Source: Octopus vulgaris (lineage: Eukaryota). Taken from it: a DNA stretch of 64,000 nucleotides. A model generated the notes under the pieces. The model saw only the letters and a list, made by a program, of their open reading frames with translations, was not told the DNA's origin and made no database searches. Shown piece by piece: positions 27,793 through 40,873 of this stretch (position 1 is the first letter of the stretch; each line of letters opens with the position of its first letter). A program made the position numbers and the translations under genes. The stretch covers positions 60,016,001 through 60,080,000 of the forward strand of contig OX597815.1 in NCBI GenBank assembly GCA_951406725.2, in the 5' to 3' direction.

Positions 27793-28812
27793 AAGACATC
27801 GCACAGTGTCCAGTATAGCGATGTTGATTGAAGATACTGTGTCTACCAAGGGTTTGTACTGTCTGCCAAGTCCCAACAAGGATCTCAGGCAGACAGTACA
27901 CTACGCAATATGCGTGCATTTCCAAGTGATGCTGATTTTTGCCAAACACCTAGATAGTAGGGTATTTCTAAAGTTTCAAATGTTTCTTCAGGTTGGGTGG
28001 TATTGAACTCAATGTTCCGAGGACATTAGGGACAATCTTTATGTTTGATTCTCGTAGCTACCACATCATGACGAACTTAATTCTCAAGTCTTTATATTCA
28101 TCTACCTTTTCTCTTTCCTTCATGGTGATATGTTGATCTCCTGACATATTATTATGCACTCTTGTTTGTCCCTCCTTCGGTGCTCTAACATCTTGTCTGT
28201 CTGGAAGTCAAAGTCCCAGAGGATTTTGGCCTTCCCCTTTTCGCCCATTACATGTTCTAGTGTATGTTGGTACCAAGCACCCGTTAGCTCGTATCCATAC
28301 TTCCGTCATAGTACCTAGTGATGATTTTGAGCTATCTTGTCGTGTCTACGCTTGTATTCTTTCTGCGCAAGACTTTCTCAAGCACTAACAATGCGAGTCA
28401 CGCTTTCGACCGTCTTTCTACGCATTCTGCAGAGGTTCGTTGCACTTGTGTTGTATATATCCCGTTTCACTGAGTCAGTATTCAATGCTTGATCTAGGGC
28501 AGAGATGATTAGGCTTTCCATTTTCTTTTTAAGGTCATCCTTGCTGAGCCACCTCTATGATGCTTCCTGGTCTTTTAAGTTGTTTGTAAACATGTAAATC
28601 CATGCAGAGTAGGCTTTCTTCTCTTTCGTTGGCTCTTCGTTATTGGAATTCATGAGCACTCTCAAGTCCATTTTTGGTAAATCCTTCTGCATTAGTAGCA
28701 TACTGTAGCAGGTATTATTTGCTGCTTACCAAATATTCTGCCATGTTTCTCCTTTCACTGTTGATGCGCTCCCGTACGTTAACCAGCCTACGTCCACCTT
28801 TGCACCTCTTCA
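27793..28812 (-). mobile_element. 3' fragment of a second Dong-like family
   Basis: Minus-strand remnants DQALNTDS, CRMRRKTVESVTRIVSA, KRRHDKIAQNHH, ILWDFDFQTDKML. (TAA)n on both sides. Confidence 0.85.
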
Positions 28813-28826
28813 TATTATTATTATTA

Positions 28827-29971
28827 CTAGCAGCATAGCCCGGCGTTGACGGGTATGTAAGAGCCCCTAGTAGGCAACGACTATTCCCAATCTAGTCCTT
28901 TCCCTCTAGGGAACGAAGGCGCATGTGTAGGTTGCAATGTCTTCTCTTCACTCCCAAATAACTATCAAACAGCTATCGATAATTCAACCCAACCAATTCC
29001 TACCAGGAAGAAATTACATTTGAGACTTTACCCCCAACACCGCCACTTCTGCTAATAGCTGCTGCAGCCGCAAGTTATTCGAATACTCTTTTTGTTTAAA
29101 ATTTCTTTATAACTACCACCCCAAACGTTTTACCTTAAATTTTTGACGTACCCTAAGGGTCCCCGGACGCTACTTGCAAACTCTTGGTTTATTATAAACC
29201 GCTTTTGTCGTGTGCACCAAAAAACCTTTTCCATTCGTTTGTTCAGTTTGGTCACTTTTGACTTTTTCGTTGTTGTCACTCACATTGCTGTTTTTTGCCG
29301 TTTTTGTATATTTTTATACATTTTGGGATACTTACCCCACGTGTTCCGAGAGTTAAAAAGGTCGAGTTGCGTCCCCTAGACAGTCTGTGGTTTTGTGTTT
29401 AATACACAAATCTGTTTGCTATGTGTGCCACATATGATTTAATTAACCGATTTTTTCCTGTAATAATGTATCCTATTGGAATAAAAAGGGCCATATAGCT
29501 CCTTGGAGCAGACATGATGCTCGCTGGGAATTTAAAAAAAAATTCCTGCCAATTTGTGAAAGATATTGTCGAAGATATGTCATCTTGAATTTGAACGCGA
29601 TTTCCCAAAATAGCATGATTTTATCGATTTTTTCTGATGGTAAGGTAATGCATGGAAAACTAACGTCAGAATTAAGTTTCTTAGGGTAACATGAGTTTGG
29701 TGAAAATCGATTGCAAGTTGCGAAAACTACAACAGAAAATGTGTTGCATATAAAAAGCTTAGATTCTCGACCCCATGTCGAATTTATCGATTTTTTCAGA
29801 ACTGAGGAAACTTTTCAAAATTTTCGCTGCGTTAGTTTTGAATTATGACATTGGGCTATGTGTGCGTCAAGTTTCATCAGAATCGGTTGAAAGCCGTGGT
29901 CATGGTGAGGGTACAACCTGACAGACACACAGACATACAGACAGACAAACTGCCGTTTATATATATAGAAG

Positions 29972-29972
<1 letters not shown>
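28827..29972 (-). mobile_element. Non-autonomous Helitron
   Basis: Minus strand starts TCTTCTATATATATAAA and ends CCCGTCAACGCCGGG (hairpin)-CTATGCTG-CTAG. Inserted between A and T of a TAA repeat with no TSD. Confidence 0.8.
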
Positions 29973-30042
<70 letters not shown>

Positions 30043-30043
30043 T

Positions 30044-30636
30044 GAGTGAGAGAGCAGTACATGTCATCAAAGTGACACTGAGGTGAAATATACGGAGCCC
30101 GGTATACCCATCATGACTACCCGTCTGATAAGAGTACACCAGGCGCATGATTCATAACCATATGTGCACGATATGGTGATCTCATATCAAGATCAATATC
30201 GCATAACCATGCAAGTGGAGCCCAGTTAGAATTTTCTTTGGGTCGAGTAAATCCATCCTGAATAAGGGTTGTTTAAAGATGTTGAACGAAATACTCATGT
30301 TTCCACAGCTGAATAATTCAAATCCCCAAAGAATTCCTCTCAACACATAATTATGATGCTCCCGCACTCCTTCTGCTCGTGATCAGAGATGCACATATCG
30401 TCAGCCACCAGGGGACATGCTCAACTGGTTTATGGTCAAACAACTGGCAAGCAAATCTGTGGTATTGAGCAGAATATTTGCTGTAGCCCATCTTTTATAC
30501 CAAGACAAAACAATGTACATGATATCACTTCCAATCAGTTAAGATAAGAAGCCATGAGAGCCACTGCCTGGTACTGCATCAGGGCATAGTTAAAATGAGA
30601 AGCCAAGAAAGCCACTAGCTGGTACTGCACCAGGGC
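30044..30636 (-). mobile_element. Family C element, full length with duplicated 5' tip
   Basis: Reverse complement of 20770-21345. GGTACTGCA(T/C)CAGGGC occurs twice. Confidence 0.88.
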
Positions 30637-30718
<82 letters not shown>

Positions 30719-30789
30719 ATTATTATTATTATTGTTATCCTCCTCCTCCTCATCTTCAGTAGTAGTAGTAGTAGTAGTAGACAAGAAGA

Positions 30790-31285
30790 AGAGCGAGATG
30801 CGATTGCAATAAATATTTTATTGGTTGAACGGTATTTCGACAGCAAACCTGTCATTGTGAAGTTCAAAATAAAAGTGATAAAAATTCAAAAATATAGAAA
30901 TTCAAATCTAAAATATGAACGAGAGCAACCAGCGTCCACACGTTGATGGAATGACATCTTCAGTTTTTAAGTTTCAATTTTATAACTGACGAAAAGAAAA
31001 GACAAGAAAAAGAGAGAAAGAAAGGAAAGAAAAAGAAAATGAAAAAGGAGATTATTTAATCAAACAGTTTTGTGTAAATTTGATGAAGTTGTCTTGTCAT
31101 TTTATTCATTCCTCCAGGGCGTGATGTTAATAACCCGAAAGCATATTTCTCCATATGCATTTTGTGTGTTGAAAGTGTAGCAGATTCAGAATATTTTCTG
31201 AGAATATGAACTTTCAAGTAATTTTCAAAATTGCAGCCGTTTGAAGCAAAATGTTTGGCAAGTTCTGTCGAACTACTGTTATTGT
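30790..31285 (-). mobile_element. Penelope-like 3' end (GIY-YIG C-terminus and 3' region)
   Basis: STELAKHFASNGCNFENYLKVHIL..LLTSRPGGMNK resembles the end of PLE endonucleases. Confidence 0.65.
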
Positions 31286-31299
31286 TACTGTTCAATAAT

Positions 31300-32010
31300 G
31301 AAAACAATTTCATTAATAAGGTCGAATCCAAGATTTTACGGCCAGGAAGAACACCTGTATTTTATAGTTTCCCTAAAATACACAAAAAGTCCGAAAGATT
31401 TCCTCCAATGCGCCCAGTTTGCAGCGGATAAGAGTGTTGTATTGCGCAATGACTGGATGGCTTTCTACTCCCTGTTGCAAAAAGATCAAGTTCCTATATT
31501 CGGGATATTTTTGATTTGGTGTCTAAAATTAACAAGTTTTTTAAGCACCGAAGCAATGTCGAAAACTGTTCTTTGGTAACCATCGGTGTTTCTTCCTTAT
31601 ATCCCAATATTGACCATGATGAAGGGGCAGAAGCATTTTATGAATGCCTTTGAAAAATAGTAAAAAAAGTATTCCATTAAATTTTCTCTGTAGATTATTG
31701 AGGTTTGTGTCACAAAGAAACATAATGAAGTTTGAACAAAACTTTTACCACCAGACGAGGGGTTGCGCCATGGGTACCCCCATGGCAATTACTTTCGCTA
31801 TTATCTTCTAGACGAAATTCGAGAAAGAGTTATTGAAGACATTCAAATCCCTACATGGCTATGAACCAATACTCTGGTTACGGTTCGGATCACTGTTATG
31901 CTAAAATCTATGGCTTTACGTCCAACATAAAATTTACGTCTATTTTATCAAAAAACTAGCGTTGAATTTTTGGACACAAAAGTTAGGTTTTCTGAAGGCA
32001 GAATAGTGTT
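31300..32010 (+). pseudogene. Degenerate Penelope-type reverse transcriptase
   Basis: RTPVFYSFPKIHK..PPMRPVCSG, SSYIRD, LVTIGVSSLYPNIDHDEG, FYHQTRGCAMGTPMA, LWLRF. Confidence 0.85.
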
Positions 32011-33091
32011 GCCTTTCCTACTGCCTGGTCTTTCTTTTCCAGTTCTCTTGTGATCTCTTTTACCTCCAATTCTGTCATCCGTTGTCTTCTACAAATAGCA
32101 TTAGCTTGATCAACTAATCTCTACTTAGTCACTTTAAACATACCCTTCTCTGCCCAAAGTGTTAACACCCGTTTTCTATAGCCCCTTCTTTTAGGTTCAC
32201 TTTTTAAGTAGCACTGCATCACCGTCCTGTTTTCTTCACTGGTCCACTTCCTCCTCCTTGTTCTATTATCTGTTGTTGTATTAGGGTAACATTCGTGGCC
32301 AGTCAGCGTCTTTACTGAGCCACTGCTGGTCCAGCTTCATTTTGGCTGTTACAACCACACTTTCTTAGGGGACTCTGTCTCCCATAAACTGAGGTAAGGT
32401 AACGTTCGTCACAATCGTCATCATCACTATTGTTTTTCAACATCTGAAAGTTTCAAGCAACTTTCTACTACTTCATTTCTAGCGCCTTTGTGCTGCATTT
32501 TTTTCGAGTGGGGGGATATAGTATTGTATTAGTATGTTTCGTTTGAGTCTTCTGTTATATTAAATTTTGTTGTTGAGTGTTGTTTGTGTAGCGCAGGTTG
32601 TGTTCTTCTGTCGGGTATCGACCTTCTATGGCACATATGTATTTTGTTCATATTGTTGAGTATTTACAGTATGAGTTTATTCTTGTATGTTTTTTGGGGA
32701 GGGGGATGGTGCATAATAGTGTGTAAATCATAGATGATCTATTTCATAGTATTTATGATTATCTGTTCGCCGTTCTTTCTCTTTTTTGGCTGGCTTTGTT
32801 ATGGATTCCGTTTTTACGGCGTTTACTTTTTTAACTGAACACCACCGATGAGCATGTGTTGATGTTTCTTTCGTAGTTCTAATTATAATTATTATTGACG
32901 CATCATTGAGAATCCGAGAAGAAATAGCAATGTGCATATAAACAGAGGTCTTTCATAGAAATAGATGTTTATGTAGTTAAAATGTAAGAAAAAAAATTTT
33001 TGCTCATAGATTTGAAGTTTTCGGATAGAAATGTGTTTAGACTTTTACGCACATGCTGCTGTAACGGTTCATCTGGGAGAAAATATTTTTC

Positions 33092-33146
<55 letters not shown>

Positions 33147-33383
33147 TACATATATATTTAATATAGGATAACATTTTTCGAAAAAATTTTTAGCAATGGC
33201 CAGCATATCAAAAATTACCTTTAAAGGTTAAATTTATAAACAACGTATAAACAATGGCAAAAGAAAAAAAATTCTAATGCCAAATATGCCGAAAATAGAC
33301 AAATTGTCAATAACCATATAGTTTATCACTATTAACATGCATCTCGAAGTAAGCCGACAGAAATTTCTAAAAAATTCCGTTAT

Positions 33384-33442
33384 TACCGTATTGGTCCAAA
33401 TTTCAGAGTCAATTCATAAGAATTTTCTCCTCATCAGCGATA
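33384..33442 (-). ncRNA. Type I hammerhead ribozyme motif, intact core
   Basis: Minus strand: uaucg-CUGAUGA-ggag(aa)aauuc-uuau-gaauu(ga)cucu-GAAA-uuuggaccaa-UA-cggua. Confidence 0.8.
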
Positions 33443-33595
33443 AATACGTAAGACATAAATGAAATACTTACTCATACTCTGGAAAAAGCAAGCACTAAGG
33501 TTAATAGTGATAAATTATATGGTTATTGACAATTTGTCTATTTTCGGCATATTTGGCATTAGAATTTATTTTACCCTTGTTTATAAGTTATATAC

Positions 33596-33667
<72 letters not shown>

Positions 33668-34478
33668 AAAAATATATATAAACATACAAAATGGGACAAG
33701 AACGCAAAACATTCAAATAGACGACACAAAAAAAAAACGGACGGGTCATTCGAAGCCTCTAATCTTCAATCAAGAACCGGATCATCCTCGCAATTTCGGC
33801 TGATTAATCTTGAGATCGCTCCGATCCGGCCAGCCCCAAGGAAAAACTAAGCTACGAGCATTAGATTTCTTGGAAAAAGGATCGAATGTATACGAAACAA
33901 GGACAGAAAAACGGACGATGCCACACGAATATAAATACAAAAAACAATAATAATAATAACAGGACAAAAACAACAGGTGCCTTTCGACTTTAGACAGTTC
34001 AACTTAGCTTAGCTGCCGTATTTGGAAAATAATGCCTTACGGCAGACGAAGTAATCGATGTTGTCGTGGCGGTGCTCAGAAGCCGAAAGGCTAGTTGACC
34101 AGCGGTCACGTGAGAAGAGAAGAGAGAGAAAAAGGGGCAAAGGAACCAAAGACAGAGAGAAAAAGAGGGACAAAGGCATCATAGAGAGAGAAAGAAGGAA
34201 TTAAGGAGGGGAGAAGAAAGAGAGCGTGCCAAGGATTGGCGTCTTAATTTCTGCTTCGTGATGGTTTCAGATTTGATTTATCTTCCTAGCAGCTCGCTGT
34301 CACACGTCCATGCTCTTCTTCTTCTTCTTCTTCTTCTTCTTCTTCTTCTTCTTCTTCTTCTTCTTCTTCTTCTTCTTCTTCTTCTCCTTCGTCTTCTCCT
34401 CCTCCTCCTCCTCCTCTTCTCCTTCGTCTTCTCCTTCTCCTCCTTTTCTTCTTCTTCTTCTTCTTCTTCTTCTTCTTC

Positions 34479-34564
<86 letters not shown>

Positions 34565-34565
<1 letters not shown>

Positions 34566-34669
34566 TGTGCCTGGTGTACCTTTATCAGACGGGTAGTCAT
34601 GATGGGTATATTGGGCTTCGTATATTTTACCCCAGTGTCACTTTGATGGCATGAACTGCTCTCTCACTC
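34565..34669 (+). mobile_element. Family C 3' fragment
   Basis: Matches the last ~105 bp of the family, between (TAA)n tracts. Confidence 0.85.
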
Positions 34670-34687
34670 AATAATAATAATAATAAT

Positions 34688-34854
34688 CCTTTCTACTAAA
34701 GGCACAAGGCCTAGAATTTGTTGAAAGAGGACTAGTCGATTACATTGATCCCAGTGTTTCATTGGTACTTAATTTATAAGTAAGGATGAAAGGCAAAGTC
34801 GATCACGACGGAATTTGAATTCAGAAAGCAAGGACGGGTGAAATACCGCTAAGC
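34688..34854 (-). mobile_element. SINE family A fragment
   Basis: AAGGATGAAAGGCAAAGTCGA..GGAATTTGAATTCAGAA. Confidence 0.7.
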
Positions 34855-35568
34855 CCAAGACCAGGCATTGAATACCAACTCAGTGAAAAAGAATATATAC
34901 CACACAAGTGCAACAGACCTCTACAGAATATGTGAGAAGAGGGTCGAAAGCGTGACTCAAATTGTTAGTGCTTGTGGAAGACTTGCGCAGAAAGAGTACA
35001 AGTGTAAACACGACAAGGTAGCCCAAAACCTCCACTGGCTACTATGCCGGAAGTATGGATATGAATTTACAGGTGCTTGGTACCAACATACACCGGATAG
35101 GGTAATGAACGAAAAAGGGAAGGCAAGAATCTTCTGGGACTTTGATTTCCAGACAGACAAGATGTTAGAGCACCGAGGGCCGGATATAGTAACCTTTAGG
35201 AGGGACAAACAAGAGTGCCAAATAATTGACGTGACCGTGACAGGAGATCAACATATCGCCATGAAAGAAAGAGAAAAGATTGATAAATATGGAGACCTGA
35301 GAATTGATGTGTCAGCTACGAGAGTCAAACATAAAAGGTTATCCCTATTGTCATCGGAGCATTGGGTTCGATACCACCCAATCTGAAAAAAACCCCCCTG
35401 AAAACCTTAGAAATACCCTACAATCTCAGTGTATTGCAAAAGTCGGAATTACTTGGAACTGCATGCGCATTGCGTAAAATACTGTCTGCCTGAGATCCTT
35501 GTGGTGACCGGTAGACACAATATCTTCAATCAACAACCTCACGATATTGAATACTGTGCGGCGTCTAT
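34855..35568 (+). mobile_element. 3' fragment of a Dong-like LINE (RLE domain), same family as 27793-28812
   Basis: ORF 34868-35386: RICEKRVESVTQIVSAC, KHDKVAQNLHWLLC, IFWDFDFQTD..PDIV..IIDVTV. Followed by (TGA)n(TAA)n. Confidence 0.88.
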
Positions 35569-35612
35569 GATGATAATGATGATGATGACGGTGATGATGA
35601 TGATGATGGTGG

Positions 35613-35716
<104 letters not shown>

Positions 35717-35784
35717 TGTGTCACCTTAGTCTGCTGGCTGTGGACAGCTGGCACTTTCTAGCAAAATAAGCTGTGATGTTTCAC

Positions 35785-35866
<82 letters not shown>

Positions 35867-35881
35867 TAATAATAATAATAA

Positions 35882-36240
35882 TAGCACTCAGAGAGCGCAA
35901 ACCTCCACCAAGGCACCAACGTCCCCCAACGATTATCCAGAGATGATTTTTAAAATGAGAATATCTGAAACAAATTCGATTGCTCCCACAAACGAGTATA
36001 CTAAAAATAAACCCGACTGCTCTAAAAAATTAAGTAAAGAAAGAAGAAAACAATCCAGAATTCTTCTCCAGATCCCAAAATCTAATAGTTCGTGCCAGTC
36101 ACGAGGCCAAACATTCCTGAAAGATTTATCCGAATTCATCCGGCGGTTCTTGAGATATTTGTCCACTGACAAAGAAAGAAATGAACATACAAACACGACT
36201 GAAAACAATACCTCTGCCTTCGCTAAGGCGGAGGTAATAA
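35882..36240 (-). mobile_element. Helentron/Helitron2-type non-autonomous element (HINE-like)
   Basis: Minus strand starts TTATTACCTCCGCCTT..GGCAGAGGT (subterminal IR with palindromic partner) and ends CCTTGGTGGAGGT-TT-GCGCTC-TCT-GAGTGC (3' hairpin) in T-rich sequence. Confidence 0.7.
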
Positions 36241-36440
36241 TTATAACAGTGTTACGAAGGAATAATAATCCTTTCCATTATAGGTACAAGGTGTGAAATT
36301 TTGTGGGAGGAGTTTAGTCGATTTCATCAATCCCAATGCTTGACTGGTACTTACTTTATTGACACCAAAAGGGCAAAGGGCAAAAGGCCGGAGGAAATGC
36401 CGTGTACTAACGATTCTGCCAGCCCGCCATATTCCATAAT

Positions 36441-36779
36441 GCCCTGGTGCAGTAGCAGGCAGTGTCTCACATGCCTTTTAATCTTAATTGATTGAAAGTG
36501 TTAGCATGTATATGTTTTGACTTGGTGTAAAAGATGGGCTACAGCAAATATTCTGCTCAATGTCTCAGATTTGCTTATCAATTGCTTGACCCTGACCAGT
36601 TGAACATGTTCCTTTGTGGCCGACTATATATGCGTTTCTGATCACAAGGAGAGGATTCTTTGGGGTTCGAATATTTCATCCTTGGAAACATAAGTATTTC
36701 GTTCATCATCTTTAAACAATTCTTATTTAGGGATATTTTGCGCGGGATGGGTTACTCGAGCTGAAAAAATTCTAGCTGG
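36441..36779 (+). mobile_element. Family C diverged partial copy, followed by a Dong 3' UTR tip (36780-36850)
   Basis: Colinear with family C. GAGGTCTCTGGGTGAGACTTGGAGCC..AAGCAAAAGTCAAAC matches 47123-47180 in reverse. Confidence 0.75.
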
Positions 36780-36862
36780 TCTCTGGGTGAGGTCTCTGGG
36801 TGAGACTTGGAGCCAGCTTGCGTAAATGTAAAGCAAAAGTCAAACGTATAACAACAACAACA

Positions 36863-36902
<40 letters not shown>

Positions 36903-36917
36903 AATAATAATTATATA

Positions 36918-37459
36918 CCCTGATGCAGTACCATGCCCTGATGCAGTACCAGGCAGTGGCTCTCATGGCTTCTGATCTTAACTGATTGAAAGTGTTATCA
37001 TGTACGTTGTTTTGTGATGGGCTACAGCAAATATTCTGCTCAATACCACAGATTTGCTTGTCAGTTGTTTGACCTTAACCAGTTGAGCATGTCCCTCAGT
37101 GGCTGACGATATGTGCATCTCTGATCACGAGCATCATAGCCATGTGTTGAGAGGGATTCTTTGGGGTTTGAATAATTCACCTCTGGAAACATGGGTGGTT
37201 CTTTCAACATCCTTAAACAACCCTTATTCAGGGACCGTTTGAGCGGGATGGGCTACTCAACCTGAAGAAAATTCTAACTGGACCCCACCTGCAAGGTCAT
37301 GTGCTGTTTATCTTGATATGAGATCACCATGTCGCGCACATATGGTTGTGATGCATGTGCCTGGTGTGCCTTTATCAGACAGGTAGTCATGATGGGTATA
37401 TTGGGCTTCGTATATTTTACCCCAGTGTCACTTTGATGGCATGAACTGCTCTCTCACTC
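36918..37459 (+). mobile_element. Family C element, full length
   Basis: Duplicated CCCTGATGCAGTACCA start and a (TAA)n(TGA)n tail. A further 3' fragment lies at 37741-37871. Confidence 0.9.
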
Positions 37460-37585
<126 letters not shown>

Positions 37586-37619
37586 AATGATGATAATGAT
37601 AATAATGATAATGATAATA

Positions 37620-37743
<124 letters not shown>

Positions 37744-37871
37744 TCGCGCACATATGGTTGTGATGCATGTGCCTAGTGTATCCTTATCTAACGGGTAGTC
37801 ATGATGGGTATACTGGGCTTCGTATATTTTACCCCAGTGTCACTTTGATGGCATGCACTGCTCTCTCACTC

Positions 37872-37932
<61 letters not shown>

Positions 37933-39589
37933 GAAATGAAAATAAAAATATAAACAAGATTTTCGAACTCAATGATTACTAATTATTTCCGTTTGATCTC
38001 GACAGATTTTTGAAACCATGGCAGAAATAATAACCACGCACCCCCCACCACTCACCCCCACCACACCACATCTCACCACCACTCACACCCTATCCTACCT
38101 ATCGACAATTCCAACAAAAATATGTCGGATGTATAGAGGTGGAACTAGCATAGATAAGGGAAATTGAGATGTGTAGTGACGGACGAAGGAGAGAGAGACT
38201 AGTAGAGATGGAGGGATACTGAGAATTGGAGGAAAATTGAGCGATAGTTATTCGCATATCTGTTTCTGCATTTGTATGTGTATCGATATAGGTGTTTGAC
38301 ATGATTGTCTCTCTGCCGGCCTGCTCTCGTTCTTTCTCTCTATCGCTCCTTCTATCACTCTATCTGTCTTTTCAACAGTGTGTCTGTTTATTTATCTGTC
38401 TGTCTGAATATCTATCTGTCTGTCTCTCACTATCTTCCGCTCTCTAACTTTCTTTCGATCTATTCGTCTCTGTCCGTCCGTCAATCTGTTTATCTGTCTT
38501 TCTTTTCACCCATCAGGATGATAGCTTGATAACTAGAATTAATGGTGACTAACTGCAGTAATCTTTGTCAGGAATATAATCCAGGAGGACAATTTATAAC
38601 AAAACAAATATTCAGCTAATGTGACAATGGTTGACTAGTGACGGTGTTGGACTAGAAATTCTCTTTTCGGCATCTTTATTTCGGCTGATTCTCGCCAGTA
38701 AGCTACTAACTGCTCCCAGTTTACTACCTGACAGAAGAACTGTTACAAACTTATTTTTATAGTAGTGCTCCAACATGGTTAGAGCTAATGAAATGGAACC
38801 TGTATAAAAATAAAAGATTCTAGATGTTGCTTATAACCAAATCAGTGCTGAACGAGAAGTCCTATTATGTAGCTACCTCTACTTAAGAATTCATTGTTTA
38901 ATATGTCATTCATATTTTTAATGACGGTAGGGTGCTAATCGAGGAAATATCGACTGACCATAAAGTTCTCCCTCGTTGAATCATTGTCATGAGTAGATGG
39001 AATTATTTAACGTTTTAGAAAAGTACAGAAAGTCGGTCTAGAAACTTCAAGGTAAATTAACGACAAGCTAAGACTTCATTCAGTCGTGAATCAACAACAC
39101 GTGAACGGAGAAAGTCATAAAGAGTAGGGAATGTGCTAACGATCTTTAACAGATCTTCACCGGTCGGGGAGATTGATGTTCAAGTTCAAACTTAAATGCA
39201 TGTGTAAGTTTTATTCACCGTGTGTTGTTTCATGCGAACACAGACACACAGGCTGCGCGTGCACACACACACACACATACACAGAGGCACACATAAATGC
39301 TCCCCACACTCTCATTCTCGTCCTATGTTTCTTTATAGACTATATCAAACTTTTGAATTTTAGGCTAGTTCTTCACTTAAAGTCCTCCTGTGTCTCTGGT
39401 TAATCTCCATTTTCTTTTCTCTTCTTTTCTTTCTTCACTGCTTCTTCTTCCCTCTACCTTCCTTTAATGTAAACACAACATTCCTCTTCAATTTAAAAAA
39501 TTTTCTTTCATTATCTATTATTTTGAATCACATCTACTGATTTCAATGCTTGTATTGCAAAATATGCGCATACATAAATATACATACAT

Positions 39590-39666
<77 letters not shown>

Positions 39667-40047
39667 CACACACACATGTATAGAGACACATGTATATACA
39701 TATATGTACATATATATAAGTACATATATATATATATATATATACATACATATATATATATGTATACATATATATATATATATAGATATATACACATACT
39801 CATATATATATATACATAACATATATATCTATATACACGCACACATATATATATGCATATATATATGCATGTAATTATGTACATATATATACATATACAC
39901 ACACACACACATATATACATATATACACACACATATATATATGAATATATATGTATGTATGAATATGTATATATATGTTTATATATATGTATATATATGC
40001 ATATGTATATATATGTATATATATGTATTTATATATGTGTATATATG

Positions 40048-40102
<55 letters not shown>

Positions 40103-40107
40103 ATATC

Positions 40108-40639
40108 TTTACTCATTTATTTGTTTCAGTCATTTGACTGCGTCCATGCTTGAGCACCGCCTTTAGTCGAGCAAATCGAACCCAGGACTTATTCTTTGTA
40201 AGCCTAGTACTTATTCTATCGGTTTCTTTTGTCCATCCGCTAAATTACGGGGACATAAACATACCAGCATCTATTGTCAAGCGATGCTGGAAGAACAAAC
40301 TCAGACACACAAACACATAAATATACGACGGGCTTCCATATATATAATTGCTTTTGACCCGACCCAATCAACCGCAGGCAACATTTTTACATTTAAGAGC
40401 TTGGCAGGGCCGCCATCCAGGCCTCGATGGATAGTGTCTTCTATCCACTCGGCCTCTATACCGGGTGGCAGCCAACACACCCAGGCTCTTGTCAAGTGTT
40501 TAACGCCATAAGTAGGGAGAAACAAAAATTTTCTCCCCTCCAAAGGCATGCTTGCAAAATCACGAGCATCCGCAGGGGTGTCAAAAAGTACGCAAGCTAC
40601 TTACAACACAGCCACTTCTACGCATATTGCTCCTGCGCC
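40108..40639 (-). mobile_element. SINE family B with its middle replaced by a foreign ~255-bp segment
   Basis: SINE tail at 40108-40336, SINE head at 40592-40623, unrelated GC-rich sequence between them. Confidence 0.75.
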
Positions 40640-40873
40640 ATATATACATGTATATACATTTATTTATACACATACATATATACACACACATATATATATA
40701 CATCCATATATACACATATATGTACATATGTATATATAATACATATATATACATATACACATATATATACATATATATTACATATATATACACATATTCA
40801 TATACATACACACACATATATATACGTATATATATAAATATACGTATATATATTTATATACATGTATATATAT

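Noticed and set aside
37099-37145. CUGACGA in family C elements
   Set aside because: No GAAA box or NUH in the right geometry in any copy.
39153-39203. 51-nt segment with branch-point, acceptor and donor-like signals
   Set aside because: Isolated, with no recognisable peptide. Such signals are common by chance.
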